A stretch of 64,000 bases of DNA, from assembly GCA_965116305.1 (NCBI GenBank), contig OZ220673.1, forward strand, positions 2,330,183 through 2,394,182. Direction: 5' to 3'. This document shows positions 54,565 through 64,000 of this stretch, piece by piece. A program made the translations under genes and the position numbers. The notes under the pieces were generated by a model. The model worked only from the letters and a program-made list of their open reading frames with translations, was not told the DNA's origin and made no database searches. Position 1 is the first letter of the stretch. The number at the start of each line of letters is the position of its first letter. The stretch is from Dehalococcoidia bacterium. GTDB lineage: Bacteria; Chloroflexota; Dehalococcoidia; Lucifugimonadales; Australimonadaceae.

Positions 54565-55053
54565 TTACTCCTTGTCAGACGCCGCCGCGCTCAACTGGCG
54601 GTGAACGCTCACCATCTTGATAGCGGACTCGACCGCGTCAAAGCCGCGGTTGCCCTGTGCGCCGCCGGAGCGGGCGAGGGCCTGGTCGGTGTTGTTGGTC
54701 GTGAGCACGCCGAAGGCGACGGGCACGCCGGTCTCGCGCGCGATCCGCGCGATGCCTCGTGCGGCCTCGGCGGCGACGAAGTCGAAGTGCGCAGTCTCAC
54801 CGCGTATGACGCAGCCGAGAGCGACGAGGGCGTCCCACGCGCCGCTGCGCGCCATGCGCTCCGCGGCCTGCGGGAGCTCGAACGAGCCGGGGACGTGGAC
54901 GATGGTGAGCGCGTCTTCCTTGACGCCGTGGCGGGCGGCAGCCTCACGAGCGCCGCGCAGCAGCCGGGAGGTCAGCGCCTCGTTGAACTGCGCAACGATG
55001 ATGCCGAGCCGCAGCCCTTGCGCGTCGAGACTTCCGCTGATCTCCAAGGCCAT
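54565..55053 (-). CDS. ribH: 6,7-dimethyl-8-ribityllumazine synthase
   Basis: GIIVAQFNEALTSRLL, VPGSFELP and GCVIRGETAHFDFV signatures. Confidence 0.95.
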   Translation of the reverse strand: MALEISGSLDAQGLRLGIIVAQFNEALTSRLLRGAREAAARHGVKEDALTIVHVPGSFELPQAAERMARSGAWDALVALGCVIRGETAHFDFVAAEAARGIARIARETGVPVAFGVLTTNNTDQALARSGGAQGNRGFDAVESAIKMVSVHRQLSAAASDKE

Positions 55054-55094
55054 GCAGGTATTCTAGCCTGCCGCGCGTCCGTCGTGGGGTTGGT

Positions 55095-56312
55095 TCACTC
55101 CGCCCGGTCGGCGTTGTGCGGGTCGAGGAGATGGCCGAGGAGTTCCTGTTTCGTCCGGAGGTAGAACTCGTTCTCCTCGTTGGCCGGGACGACGATAGGC
55201 ACGCGCTCCTTGATGGAGAGGCCGTAGCTCTCCAGGCCGACAACCTTCTTGGGATTGTTGGTCATGAGCCGCATGTTGCGGACGCCGAGGTCCACGAGGA
55301 TCTGCGCGCCGACGCCGTAGTGACGGAGGTCCGGCGGGAAGCCGAGCTGACGGTTCGCCTCGACGGTATCCGCCCCGCTGTCCTGCAGGGCGTACGCCTT
55401 GATCTTGTTGTGCAGGCCGATGCCGCGCCCTTCCTGTCGCATGTAGAGGAAGACGCCGCGCCCCGCCTCGGCGATGGCCTTTATCGCCATCTCGCGCTGC
55501 ACGCCGCAGTCGCACCGCAGGCTGCCGAACACGTCGCCGGTCAGGCACTCGCTGTGCACACGAACGAGGACGGGCTCCCTGGTGCGAACGTTCCCGAAGA
55601 CGAGCGCGACGTGCTCCGCGGAGTCGACGGAGGAGCGGTAGGCGAAGGCGCGGGCGGTGCCGTACTGGGTCGGGAGCCTCGCCTCGGCGACGCGCTCGAC
55701 GAGGCGCTCGTGCTCGAGGCGGTAGGCGATGATGTCGGCGATGGTCACGATGTCGATGCTGAGTTCGCGGGAGACTTCCTCCAACTGCGGCATACGGGCC
55801 ATCGTTCCGTCGGCGTTCATGATCTCGCAGACGACCGCGCCCGGCGGCAGCCCGGCCATGCGGGCGAGGTCGACGCTCGCCTCAGTCTGGCCCGCGCGGA
55901 CGAGGACGCCGCCCGGCTGGGCACGGAGGGGGAAGATGTGGCCGGGGCGGGCGAGGTCGGACGGCTTCGTGCCGGAGTCTATGAGCGCCTTCACGGTGGC
56001 CGCGCGGTCATGCACCGAGATGCCGGTGCCGCCGTTGTCGATGTCCACGGAGACGGTGAAGGCGGTCGTGTGCTTGGAGGTGTTGTTCGACACCATCATG
56101 TCGAGGTCGAGTTCGCGGAGGCGCTCCCCGGTCATGGGCGCGCAGATGAGTCCGCGTCCGTGGGTCGCCATGAGGTTGATGGCCTCCGGCGTCACCCACG
56201 TGGCGGCGATGGCGAAGTCTCCCTCGTTCTCCCGATCCTCGTCGTCCACGATGATGACGAGTTTGCCGGTGCGGAAGTCTTCTATCGCCTGTTCGACACT
56301 GATGACCGGCAT
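55095..56312 (-). CDS. ribBA: bifunctional 3,4-dihydroxy-2-butanone-4-phosphate synthase / GTP cyclohydrolase II
   Basis: [11 protein letters not shown] (DHBPS) and [18 protein letters not shown] (GCH II zinc site). Confidence 0.95.
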   Translation of the reverse strand: MPVISVEQAIEDFRTGKLVIIVDDEDRENEGDFAIAATWVTPEAINLMATHGRGLICAPMTGERLRELDLDMMVSNNTSKHTTAFTVSVDIDNGGTGISVHDRAATVKALIDSGTKPSDLARPGHIFPLRAQPGGVLVRAGQTEASVDLARMAGLPPGAVVCEIMNADGTMARMPQLEEVSRELSIDIVTIADIIAYRLEHERLVERVAEARLPTQYGTARAFAYRSSVDSAEHVALVFGNVRTREPVLVRVHSECLTGDVFGSLRCDCGVQREMAIKAIAEAGRGVFLYMRQEGRGIGLHNKIKAYALQDSGADTVEANRQLGFPPDLRHYGVGAQILVDLGVRNMRLMTNNPKKVVGLESYGLSIKERVPIVVPANEENEFYLRTKQELLGHLLDPHNADRAE

Positions 56313-56316
56313 GCAA

Positions 56317-56910
56317 TCATCTCCCGCCGAGCGCCTGGGAGGCCGTGAGACGCTCTACATACTTCGCGAGGATATCCACCTCGATGTTAACGCGGTCGCC
56401 GGGTTTTCTCACCCTCAACACGGTGTGCTGCATCGTATACGGTATCACGGCGACCGAGAACCCGGCCCCTTCCTGCGAGGCCACGGTGAGGCTGATGCCG
56501 TCCAGGGCGACGAAGCCCTTCTCGACCACGTAGCGCGCAAGCTCCGCCGAGAGATCGATGCGCAGCACGCGCGCTTCCGGCGTCCCGTCGAACGACACGA
56601 CCTCTCCGGTGCCGTCCACGTGCCCCTGCACGACGTGGCCGCCCATCCGCGACGAGGGGGTGAGCGCGCGCTCCAGATTGACGATCCCGCCGGGCTCGAG
56701 GTCGCCGAGGTTGGTGCGGGAGAGCGTCTCTTCCACGACGTCCACGGCGAACCCGCTGTCCGTGCGCTCCGTCACGGTGAGGCAGACGCCGTTGACGGCG
56801 ATGGAGTCGCTCACGTCGAGCGCGTCCATGACCGAACCGCCCGCGATGCGCAGCCAGTTAGGCGCAACCTCGACGACCTCTCCAACCTCTTCGACGATGC
56901 CGGTGAACAT
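56317..56910 (-). CDS. ribE: riboflavin synthase alpha chain
   Basis: [12 protein letters not shown] start and duplicated lumazine-binding repeats ([13 protein letters not shown] / ALDGISLTV). Confidence 0.93.
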   Translation of the reverse strand: MFTGIVEEVGEVVEVAPNWLRIAGGSVMDALDVSDSIAVNGVCLTVTERTDSGFAVDVVEETLSRTNLGDLEPGGIVNLERALTPSSRMGGHVVQGHVDGTGEVVSFDGTPEARVLRIDLSAELARYVVEKGFVALDGISLTVASQEGAGFSVAVIPYTMQHTVLRVRKPGDRVNIEVDILAKYVERLTASQALGGR

Positions 56911-56916
56911 TCTTCG

Positions 56917-56962
56917 CCCTCACCCTAACCCTCTCCCGTCGAGGGAGAGGGGATGTGCAGGG
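56917..56962. repeat. family-3 hairpin repeat straddling the ribD end and ribE ribosome-binding site
   Basis: CCCTCACCCTAACCCTCTCCC-GTCGA-GGGAGAGGGGATGTGCAGGG with a 9-bp perfect stem. Related copy at 50221-50261. Confidence 0.8.
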
Positions 56963-58037
56963 GGTAGCCGACGACCATCATATCGCCGTCCAGCTCCGTG
57001 TACGTTACATCGCGGAGGCGCAGTGCGTCCGCCATGCGCTCCGCGCCCACGCCGCCGATGGGGCCCGGCACGCCGTCGCCGCCGATGACGACCGGCGCGA
57101 CGAACGCGACGACCTTGTCGACGAGCCCGCTTTCGAAGAGCGCGCCATGGAGCGCAGCGCCGCCCTCCACGAGGAGCGACATCACGTCCCGCGCGCCGAG
57201 TTCAACGAGCAGCTGCGACAGGTCGACACGACCATCCGGGCCGGGGGTAGCGACGGCCTCAGCGCCGAGCGCCTCGACGACTCGCGCTGCCTCCGCCGAG
57301 GCCACCGCGAGGAGCGTCGCCCCCTCAGCAGTAAGCATGGCGGCGCTCGCGGGGAGACGTCCCGTGCTGTCCACGACGACGCGGAGCGGCTGTCCACGCG
57401 CAGGCAGCGGAGCGTCGCGCACGGTGAGGAGGGGGTCGTCCGCAAGCGCCGTGCCGATACCGACCATGACGGCGTCGGCTTCGGCGCGCAGGCGGTGCGC
57501 CTCCCGCCGCGAGGTCTCGTTCGATATCCATCGGGAGTCTCCGGAACGGGCGGCGATCTTGCCGTCCAGGCTCATGGCGAACTTGGCGACGACGAACGGC
57601 AACCCGGTGTTGACGTGCTTCGCGAACGCCTCGACGAGCTGCCGCGCCTCCGATGGGCCGTCGTCGACGGTCACGGGGATGCCCGCCTCACGCAGGCACT
57701 CGACGCCCCGGCCGGCGGTGTGCGGCGCGGGGTCCATCACGGCGATACGCACCGATGCAACGCCAGCCTCGACGAGGGCGTCGGCGCAGGGCGGCGTTCG
57801 TCCGTGGTGCGCGCACGGCTCGAGCGTAACGTAGAGATCAGCGCCTCGGGCGGCGTCGCCTGCCATGCGGAGCGCCTCGGCTTCGGCATGGGGACCGCCG
57901 GGGGGCTGGGTGTGTCCCTCACCGACGACACGGCCGTCGCGCACGAGCACCGCGCCGACAGGCGGATTGGGGCTGGTGCTCCCCACCGCCTCGCGAGCGA
58001 GTTCGATAGCCCGCCGCATGTATTCCGTCGTGGTCAC
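56925..58037 (-). CDS. ribD: bifunctional riboflavin biosynthesis deaminase/reductase RibD
   Basis: CMP/dCMP deaminase zinc motif HAEAEAL...LEPCAHHGRTPPC and a C-terminal RibD reductase domain. Confidence 0.93.
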   Translation of the reverse strand: MTTTEYMRRAIELAREAVGSTSPNPPVGAVLVRDGRVVGEGHTQPPGGPHAEAEALRMAGDAARGADLYVTLEPCAHHGRTPPCADALVEAGVASVRIAVMDPAPHTAGRGVECLREAGIPVTVDDGPSEARQLVEAFAKHVNTGLPFVVAKFAMSLDGKIAARSGDSRWISNETSRREAHRLRAEADAVMVGIGTALADDPLLTVRDAPLPARGQPLRVVVDSTGRLPASAAMLTAEGATLLAVASAEAARVVEALGAEAVATPGPDGRVDLSQLLVELGARDVMSLLVEGGAALHGALFESGLVDKVVAFVAPVVIGGDGVPGPIGGVGAERMADALRLRDVTYTELDGDMMVVGYPLHIPSPSTGEG

Positions 58038-58080
58038 ACCACGAGTATAGCGGGGCAGATGAGGCCCAATCCCGTTGGTT

Positions 58081-58213
58081 CACCCCCATCCTCACCTTCC
58101 CCCATCAAGGGGGAAGGGATCAGGAACGCCGAAGGCTGTTTGGAAGAGGCGCCGTCGGCATCCAACGTTCTCCGAGAGATGCTTCGACTCCGCTGCGCTC
58201 CGCTCAGCATGAC
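58081..58213. repeat. family-2 (58081-58124) and family-1 (58172-58213) hairpin repeats between dcd and ribD
   Basis: CACCCCCATCCTCACCTTCCCCC-ATCAA-GGGGGAAGGGATCAGG, then CCGAGAGATGCTTCGACTCCGCTGCGCTCCGCTCAGCATGAC. The latter overlaps the dcd stop codon. Confidence 0.8.
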
Positions 58214-58794
58214 AAGGTAGAGGGCGGCGCGTCGAAGTCCATCTGGATGCGGCTGGCCGTAGGCTCCTGCTGGCCCTGGTACTTGGAGCCGAGCTCGGCA
58301 GAGCCGTAGAGGTGCTCCGCCGGAGTGGAGAGGCGGAGGAACGATATCTGGCCGATCTTCATGCGGTAGTAGAGGGTGATGGGGAGATTGGAGACGTTGC
58401 TCAGCTCCAGCGTCAGGCGCCCCTTCCAGCCGGGGTCGACGTAGCCCGCGGTGGAGTGGATGAGCAGCCCGACCCGCCCGAGCGAGCTCTTGCCCTCCAG
58501 CCGCGCCACGAGGTCCGCGGGGACCTCGACGTGTTCCAGGGTGCTGCCAAGGACGAACTCGCCGGGGTGCAGCATGAAGGGCACGTCGTCGCCCACGGTC
58601 ACCTGCTCCGTGAGCGTCTCGTTCATCGCGCGAACGTCGATGAACGGCACGTGGTTGTTGCGGAACACGAGGAAGCTGCGCCCGAGGTGGAGGTCGACGC
58701 TGGCGGGCTGGATGCAGCCCTCCATGAGCGGGTCTATCACGATGTTCCCGCTCTTCAGCTCCTCACGTATCGTCCGGTCGCTCAGAACCGTCAT
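58204..58794 (-). CDS. dcd: dCTP deaminase
   Basis: MTVLSDRTIREEL..., QPASVDLHLG, LEGKSSLGRVGL and GWKGRLTLEL signatures. Confidence 0.93.
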   Translation of the reverse strand: MTVLSDRTIREELKSGNIVIDPLMEGCIQPASVDLHLGRSFLVFRNNHVPFIDVRAMNETLTEQVTVGDDVPFMLHPGEFVLGSTLEHVEVPADLVARLEGKSSLGRVGLLIHSTAGYVDPGWKGRLTLELSNVSNLPITLYYRMKIGQISFLRLSTPAEHLYGSAELGSKYQGQQEPTASRIQMDFDAPPSTLSC

Positions 58795-58920
58795 CTGTCC
58801 CTCTTCCCCTGTATGGCGCGCGCTATTCTAGCAGCGGCAGGCACACCGCACGCGGAGCAGCAGAGAAAGCCATGCCGGCGCGGCGGGCGTACCATAGTCA
58901 GAGAGGCAGGCGAGCGCGCG

Positions 58921-59949
58921 ATGAAGCATCCGTGGGCAAACATGTTCATCCTGCTGATCGCCACCGGCTCGGTCGTGACGGGCTACTACGCGTTCGTTGC
59001 GGCTGAACCGGAGCAGGCGTGGCAGACGAGTGCACACCGCGCCGCAGGGCTGGCGGTGGTGGCGGTGCTGGCGTGGAAGGTGCCGAACCTGGTCCGGCCG
59101 CTCAAGCGGCGTTGGGGCAGGTGGACCGGGCAGGACTGGGTGGCGGTGGGGGCGCTATCACTGTTGCTGACGGACATCATGCTGGGCGTGGCGTGGTCGC
59201 ACGTCGGGCAGTTCTCCTACCTCGGTTCGTCCGGCATGACGTGGCACGCGCTGCTCGTGTTCCTCATCGTGCCGATGATCGTGTGGCACCTGGCGCGCTA
59301 CCGGAAACTGTTGCGTCCGCGCTACTGGGCGGAGCGCCGCTCGGTATTGCGGCTGGGAGGACTGGCGCTCGCGGGTACGGTACTGTGGCAGATCGGGGCG
59401 CGGATCGACGGCGTGACGGGCATCGCGCAGGCGAAGCGCTTCACCGGCTCCTATGCTGCGGGCGACTTCACGGGCAACGCCTTCCCGACCACGTCGTGGC
59501 TGAATGACAGGCTGGAACCGATCGACCGCGAGACGTGGACGCTCAAGATAGACGGCGCGGTCGACGCTCCGCAGACCATCGGCTACGACGACGTGACGGG
59601 CACGGAAGAGGAGACGGTGGTGCTCGACTGCACGGGCGGATGGCACTCGACGCAGACGTGGCGGGGCGTGCGGCTCGGGGAACTGCTGGCGCGGGCGCGT
59701 CCCCAGACAGCCGCGGCGAGCATCACGGTTACGTCGGCAACGGGGTACTACCGCCGTTTCGGGCTCCGACACGCGGAAGGGCTGCTGCTCGCGACGCACG
59801 TCGGAGGCGAGCGGCTGTCGCACGGCCACGGCGCGCCGGTGCGGCTGGTGGTGCCAGGCAAGCGCGGGTTCGAGTGGGTGAAGTGGGTGACGCGGATAGA
59901 GGTGAACACGACCGGCGCATGGCTGCAGCCGCCGCTGCCGCTGCAGTAG
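58921..59949 (+). CDS. membrane-anchored molybdopterin-dependent oxidoreductase (sulfite oxidase / MsrP-like catalytic domain)
   Basis: ATG 58921. About 4 N-terminal TM helices, then a Mo-co domain (VLDCTGGWHSTQTWRGVRLGELL, GAPVRLVVPGKRGFEWVKWVTRIEV). Confidence 0.8.
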   Translation: MKHPWANMFILLIATGSVVTGYYAFVAAEPEQAWQTSAHRAAGLAVVAVLAWKVPNLVRPLKRRWGRWTGQDWVAVGALSLLLTDIMLGVAWSHVGQFSYLGSSGMTWHALLVFLIVPMIVWHLARYRKLLRPRYWAERRSVLRLGGLALAGTVLWQIGARIDGVTGIAQAKRFTGSYAAGDFTGNAFPTTSWLNDRLEPIDRETWTLKIDGAVDAPQTIGYDDVTGTEEETVVLDCTGGWHSTQTWRGVRLGELLARARPQTAAASITVTSATGYYRRFGLRHAEGLLLATHVGGERLSHGHGAPVRLVVPGKRGFEWVKWVTRIEVNTTGAWLQPPLPLQ

Positions 59950-60000
59950 AGGAGCGCTCTGATAAAATGGCTGCGTGGGATGCCCACAGGAGTCGATGCA

Positions 60001-60255
60001 ATGCGGACAGTACAGGCTTCCGAAGCCGGGTCGCGCCTGGCTGAACTCCTTCGCGAAGTCGAAGGCGGCGAGTCCGTAGCCATAGCCCGGGGCGGCAGAG
60101 CGGTCGCGCATCTCGTGCCGGTCTCTCCTGGGAAGGACGCGGAAGCGCGCAGGGAAGCGGTTGAGGAGTTCATACGCCGACAGGCGGAATGGGCGCCCGC
60201 CCCCGTTACGGCAGAGGAGATCGTCGCGTGGGTGCGGGAAGGGCGCCGGATGTGA
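60001..60255 (+). CDS. Phd/YefM-type antitoxin (alternative start 59980)
   Basis: MRTVQASEAGSRLAELLREVEGGESVAIARGGRAVAHLVP is a typical Phd/YefM N-terminus. Its stop overlaps the downstream PIN gene start (ATGTGA). Confidence 0.75.
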   Translation: MRTVQASEAGSRLAELLREVEGGESVAIARGGRAVAHLVPVSPGKDAEARREAVEEFIRRQAEWAPAPVTAEEIVAWVREGRRM

Positions 60256-60653
60256 GCGGCCTCGTCCTCGACGCCTCGGTCGCAGCGGCATGGCTTCTAA
60301 GAGAAAAGGGGTCGCGGGTGGAAGACGCGGTGTCGCTGCTTCTCAGCGGCGATTCAGTCGTGCCGGAGTTCTGGCGGATCGAAGTAAGGAACGCCTTGCT
60401 CACTGCCGAACGTAGAAGGCGGATTACGGCTCAGGAAGCTGATGAACGGCTTCAGGTGATGGAGTCCCTGCTCGTCACAACAACCAACGCGCAGCCGGAC
60501 CTCGACGCGGCTATGACGCTGGCCAGAGCGCACGAGTTGACGCTCTACGACGCGCTCTACCTGGAGCTGGCGCAGCGCCGACAGGCAACGCTCCTCAGCC
60601 TCGACCGGGAACTGCTCCGCGCCGCCGACGCCGAGGGCGTGGCCACGTCGTAG
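60252..60653 (+). CDS. vapC: PIN-domain toxin (VapC-like)
   Basis: GTG 60252. Acidic PIN residues: LVLDASV (D), EFWRIEVRNAL (E), LYDALYLELA (D), LLSLDREL (D). Confidence 0.85.
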   Translation: MSGLVLDASVAAAWLLREKGSRVEDAVSLLLSGDSVVPEFWRIEVRNALLTAERRRRITAQEADERLQVMESLLVTTTNAQPDLDAAMTLARAHELTLYDALYLELAQRRQATLLSLDRELLRAADAEGVATS

Positions 60654-60662
60654 CCGTCGCGT

Positions 60663-61049
60663 TCACTCGATGAGGGCGTCGGCCTCGATCTCGACGAGCA
60701 TCGCGGGGTCGATGAGTCGGCTTACTTCCACCATCGTCGAGGCGGGACGCACGTCGCGGAAGAACTCGCCGTGGGCACGGGCGACCGCCTCCCAGTTGGC
60801 GATGTCCGTCACGTACATGCGGGTGCGCACCACGTCGGCGAGCGTCGCCCCCGCCTTCTGCAGGGCAGCCTCGATATTGCGGAGCGTCTGCACCGTCTGC
60901 GCGTAGGCGTCGCCGACGCCCGCCACTGAACCGTCGGCTGCAGTCGCGACGGTGCCGGAGACGTAGACGGCGTTCCCCACGCGCACGGCGCGCGAGAAGC
61001 CGATGGAGCCTTCGTACGGGCTGTTGCCGCTGACGTTGGTGCGTGGCAT
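60663..61049 (-). CDS. RidA/YjgF family protein
   Basis: 128 aa with [15 protein letters not shown] and VEIEADA endings typical of RidA/L-PSP. Confidence 0.9.
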   Translation of the reverse strand: MPRTNVSGNSPYEGSIGFSRAVRVGNAVYVSGTVATAADGSVAGVGDAYAQTVQTLRNIEAALQKAGATLADVVRTRMYVTDIANWEAVARAHGEFFRDVRPASTMVEVSRLIDPAMLVEIEADALIE

Positions 61050-61064
61050 GGCGACTCCGCTTCG

Positions 61065-61865
61065 CTAGTAGAACACGGCGCGGGAGTTGCCGCCCGCGGG
61101 AGCGACGGCCTCGCCGGTGATGCAGCCCGCCTGCTCCGAGCAGAGGAAGACGACGACCGACGCGATCTCTTGAACCGTCACGAGGCGGCGTATCGCGTTG
61201 TTGTTAGCGATGCGCTGCTCCGCCTGTTCGAGCGTTATCCCCTCGCGCTCGGCGGTGCCCTGCAGCCGCTCGATGAGGGCTTCAGTCCGGCTCAAAGCGG
61301 GGTGGACGGCGTTGACGGTGATCCCCTTCGGGCCAAGCTCCTCGGACATGACCTTGGTGAAGTTCATCACGGCAGCATTGCGCAGGCCGCCGCTAATGCC
61401 CGCGGCGTTGCGCGCGGCCATGCCGTCCATGTTGACGATGCGCCCCCACCCGGCGCGCTCCATGTACGGAGCGGCCTGCTGGGCGCAGCGCAGGTAGCCC
61501 ATGATCTTCACGTCGAAGTCGTCGCGCAGCATCTCCTCATTCAACTGCGTGAGGGTGTCCGTGCCGCCTGCGAAGCCTACGCGCGCGGCGTTGTTCACGA
61601 GGATGTCCAGCCCGCCGAGCGCGTCCGCCGCGTCGGCCACGAGCCGCATCACGTCCTCCGCGATGCCGGTGTCGGCGCGAAAGCCGACGACGCGCACGCC
61701 GGTCCCGGCGGCGATCTCAGCGGCGACATCGCGGGACGCGGACTCGTCGCGGGCGCAGATGGCCATGTCGACGCCTTCCCGCGCCAGTTCCCACGCGATG
61801 GCGTAGCCGATGCCGCGTGTGCCTCCGGTTACGAGCGCTCGCTTGCCGGTAATGCCGAAGTCCAT
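61065..61865 (-). CDS. SDR family oxidoreductase (FabG-like)
   Basis: TGGTRGIG cofactor motif and NNAA. The usual Y-x3-K is not obvious in my reading, so the catalytic class is unverified. Confidence 0.85.
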   Translation of the reverse strand: MDFGITGKRALVTGGTRGIGYAIAWELAREGVDMAICARDESASRDVAAEIAAGTGVRVVGFRADTGIAEDVMRLVADAADALGGLDILVNNAARVGFAGGTDTLTQLNEEMLRDDFDVKIMGYLRCAQQAAPYMERAGWGRIVNMDGMAARNAAGISGGLRNAAVMNFTKVMSEELGPKGITVNAVHPALSRTEALIERLQGTAEREGITLEQAEQRIANNNAIRRLVTVQEIASVVVFLCSEQAGCITGEAVAPAGGNSRAVFY

Positions 61866-61888
61866 TGGTCTCCTCCGTAGTTAGAACA

Positions 61889-61920
61889 ATCGGGGCGGCT
61901 GCGTGCGCAACCGCCCCGAT
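61889..61920 (-). terminator. hairpin downstream of the pyrophosphatase gene
   Basis: 10-bp stem ATCGGGGCGG / CCGCCCCGAT with a 12-nt loop. A T-rich run follows on the minus strand (TTGTTCT). Confidence 0.5.
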
Positions 61921-61942
61921 GATTCTCGCAGACTTCCCGCTC

Positions 61943-64000
<2,058 letters not shown>

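Noticed and set aside
58038-58203. Expected FMN (RFN) riboswitch upstream of ribD
   Set aside because: The gap consists of family-2 and family-1 hairpin repeats. None of the conserved RFN strings I know are present on the minus strand.

Overview
High-GC bacterial chromosomal window (about two-thirds G+C by eye), densely packed with about 60 recognisable, mostly housekeeping genes. Many long Arg/Ala/Gly-rich ORFs in the track are antisense shadows and were discarded.

Gene order:
- Left end: NUDIX fragment, bicupin, Fic, DUF2848-like/cupin/NMT1-like trio, Ca-type P-type ATPase, RCK K+ channel.
- Minus-strand block: trpA-aroH-aroG-ribF-tyrS.
- Plus-strand operon: a Leu (CUC) T-box leader followed by ilvB-ilvN-ilvC-leuA-[AbrB-type antitoxin + PIN toxin]-leuC-leuD-leuB.
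- Two tandem TauE/SafE genes, then a rearranged repeat-rich junction and an AT-rich single-gene cassette.
- rpsT, lexA (with a GAAC-N4-GTTC box), GNAT, aminotransferase, htpX, copA plus a YHS protein, lrp, ferredoxin.
- A four-gene ABC/GldG/DUF4340 cluster, two orphan Opp/Dpp-type permeases, a TyrA-like protein, PPIase, amidohydrolase.
- Minus-strand block: rplI-dnaB-dnaD-(double DnaC-like loader)-HIT-crcB.
- Minus-strand super-operon: dcd-ribD-ribE-ribBA-ribH-yqeY-purQ-(split EamA pair)-purL.
- Right end: Mo-oxidoreductase, Phd/PIN TA pair, RidA, SDR, and a partial H+/Na+ pyrophosphatase.

The T-box on ilv-leu, the LexA box type and the abundant hairpin repeats suggest a Chloroflexota/Thermomicrobia-like lineage. 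This is inference only.

Items most worth follow-up:
1. An AT-rich cassette (about 24855-25640) encoding a stand-alone protein with a PARP-like H-Y-E ADP-ribosyltransferase signature and no partner gene.
2. A VapBC-like module with its own promoter and operator, inserted inside the T-box-controlled ilv-leu operon.
3. A helicase-loader gene with two tandem AAA+ DnaC/DnaI modules.
4. Two related noncoding elements of about 220 nt (24505-24725 and 49657-49888), with helically phased GCTCAT words and a GNRA hairpin showing a compensatory base-pair change.
5. Three families of dispersed hairpin repeats that supply stop codons, C-terminal tails and a Shine-Dalgarno sequence to neighbouring genes.

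No rRNA, tRNA, CRISPR array or transposase was seen.
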